Shown piece by piece: positions 63,430 to 64,000 of a stretch of 64,000 bases of DNA. The notes below the pieces were generated by a model that was not told the DNA's origin, searched no databases, and was given only the letters and a program-made list of their open reading frames with translations. How positions within the stretch are numbered: position 1 is the first letter of the stretch; each line of letters begins with the position of its first letter. The position numbers were made by a program, and so were the translations under genes. Source of the stretch: Phoronis australis. Taxonomy: Eukaryota; Animalia; Phoronida. The stretch is from the NCBI GenBank assembly GCA_002633005.1, contig NMRA01000105.1, positions 474,010 to 538,009 of the forward strand. The letters run 5' to 3'.

Positions 63430-63623
63430 CTCGATTGGAAGTTTCTTAGCTCCACGGACAAGAGTGCGACGTATGAACGTGTCATATCCACCAACACGCG
63501 AGTTTCTTGTACAAACTTGCGCCATATCCGCGCTTCTCCGATGTCTTGAGAGAAAGTGAAAAGAGCCACAGCGTGGTCAAATACTTAGTTATCATAACCA
63601 CCACAAAAGCAACTCTTTGACAT
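63430..63623 (-). pseudogene. Degenerate THAP zinc-finger coding relic (transposon-derived)
   Basis: Frame not in the ORF track: MSKSCFCGGYDN*VFDHAVALFTFSQDIGEARIWRKFVQETR. It fits the THAP pattern M-x3-C-x4-C-x-N...LFxFP-xD-x5-W-x2-FV, with C>Y and P>S single-base changes and an in-frame stop. Confidence 0.55.
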
Positions 63624-64000
63624 TGTTCATTATACCATAAACCACGGGGAAAACGAGAAGCAGTATCTGACGACTTTTCACACTAAAAACTACGTTGGAT
63701 TAATGGTGCTTTGATTGGTTGTCCCGATTTTTTGTAGAATATTTCGACCAATAAATGCTTGTACCTTGCGATCAGCTAATTAACATAATTTATCATCAGT
63801 GTTTGCGGGTGTTCTAATTTGACAGCTGGTCGACTGGTGGAATTTTTTTGGTGTTTTTCTAATGAAATTGGTGATTTTAACCACTTTAACCATAAACAGA
63901 CCATAAGAGACACCCAATTGTTTGCCACCTCATAGATTTTTGTACGTGGAAAAGGGAACCAACGGGTAGAGTTTTGAACTCCGAAAGTAGATCCTGTTGA

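Overview
AT-rich, intron-containing eukaryotic DNA from a draft assembly with N gaps. It is most likely a marine invertebrate (inferred from gene and repeat content; the species cannot be named). Two complete multi-exon genes can be rebuilt by hand with phase-consistent GT-AG junctions, and they lie tail-to-tail. (1) A clear KLHL12 orthologue on + (10 coding exons, 16311-33379, 563 aa, BTB-BACK-6xKelch Cullin-3 adaptor). (2) A USP-family deubiquitinase on - (5 coding exons, 45550-39553, 746 aa) with intact Cys and His boxes. Its N-terminus has several hydrophobic segments, encoded by two exons the ORF track misses, and it carries an S-T-P-rich insertion in the fingers subdomain. The rest is mostly transposon debris: a 5.0 kb TTAA-flanked DNA transposon plus a truncated sister copy in KLHL12 intron 8, a MITE family with 6-bp target duplications, other MITEs, tRNA-derived SINEs, degenerate THAP and HMGXB3/KDZ-like relics, and microsatellites. 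Two N-joined tandem duplications look like allelic haplotypes assembled side by side. The best candidate for something undescribed is the putative membrane-anchored USP. Most short ORFs in the supplied track are spurious.
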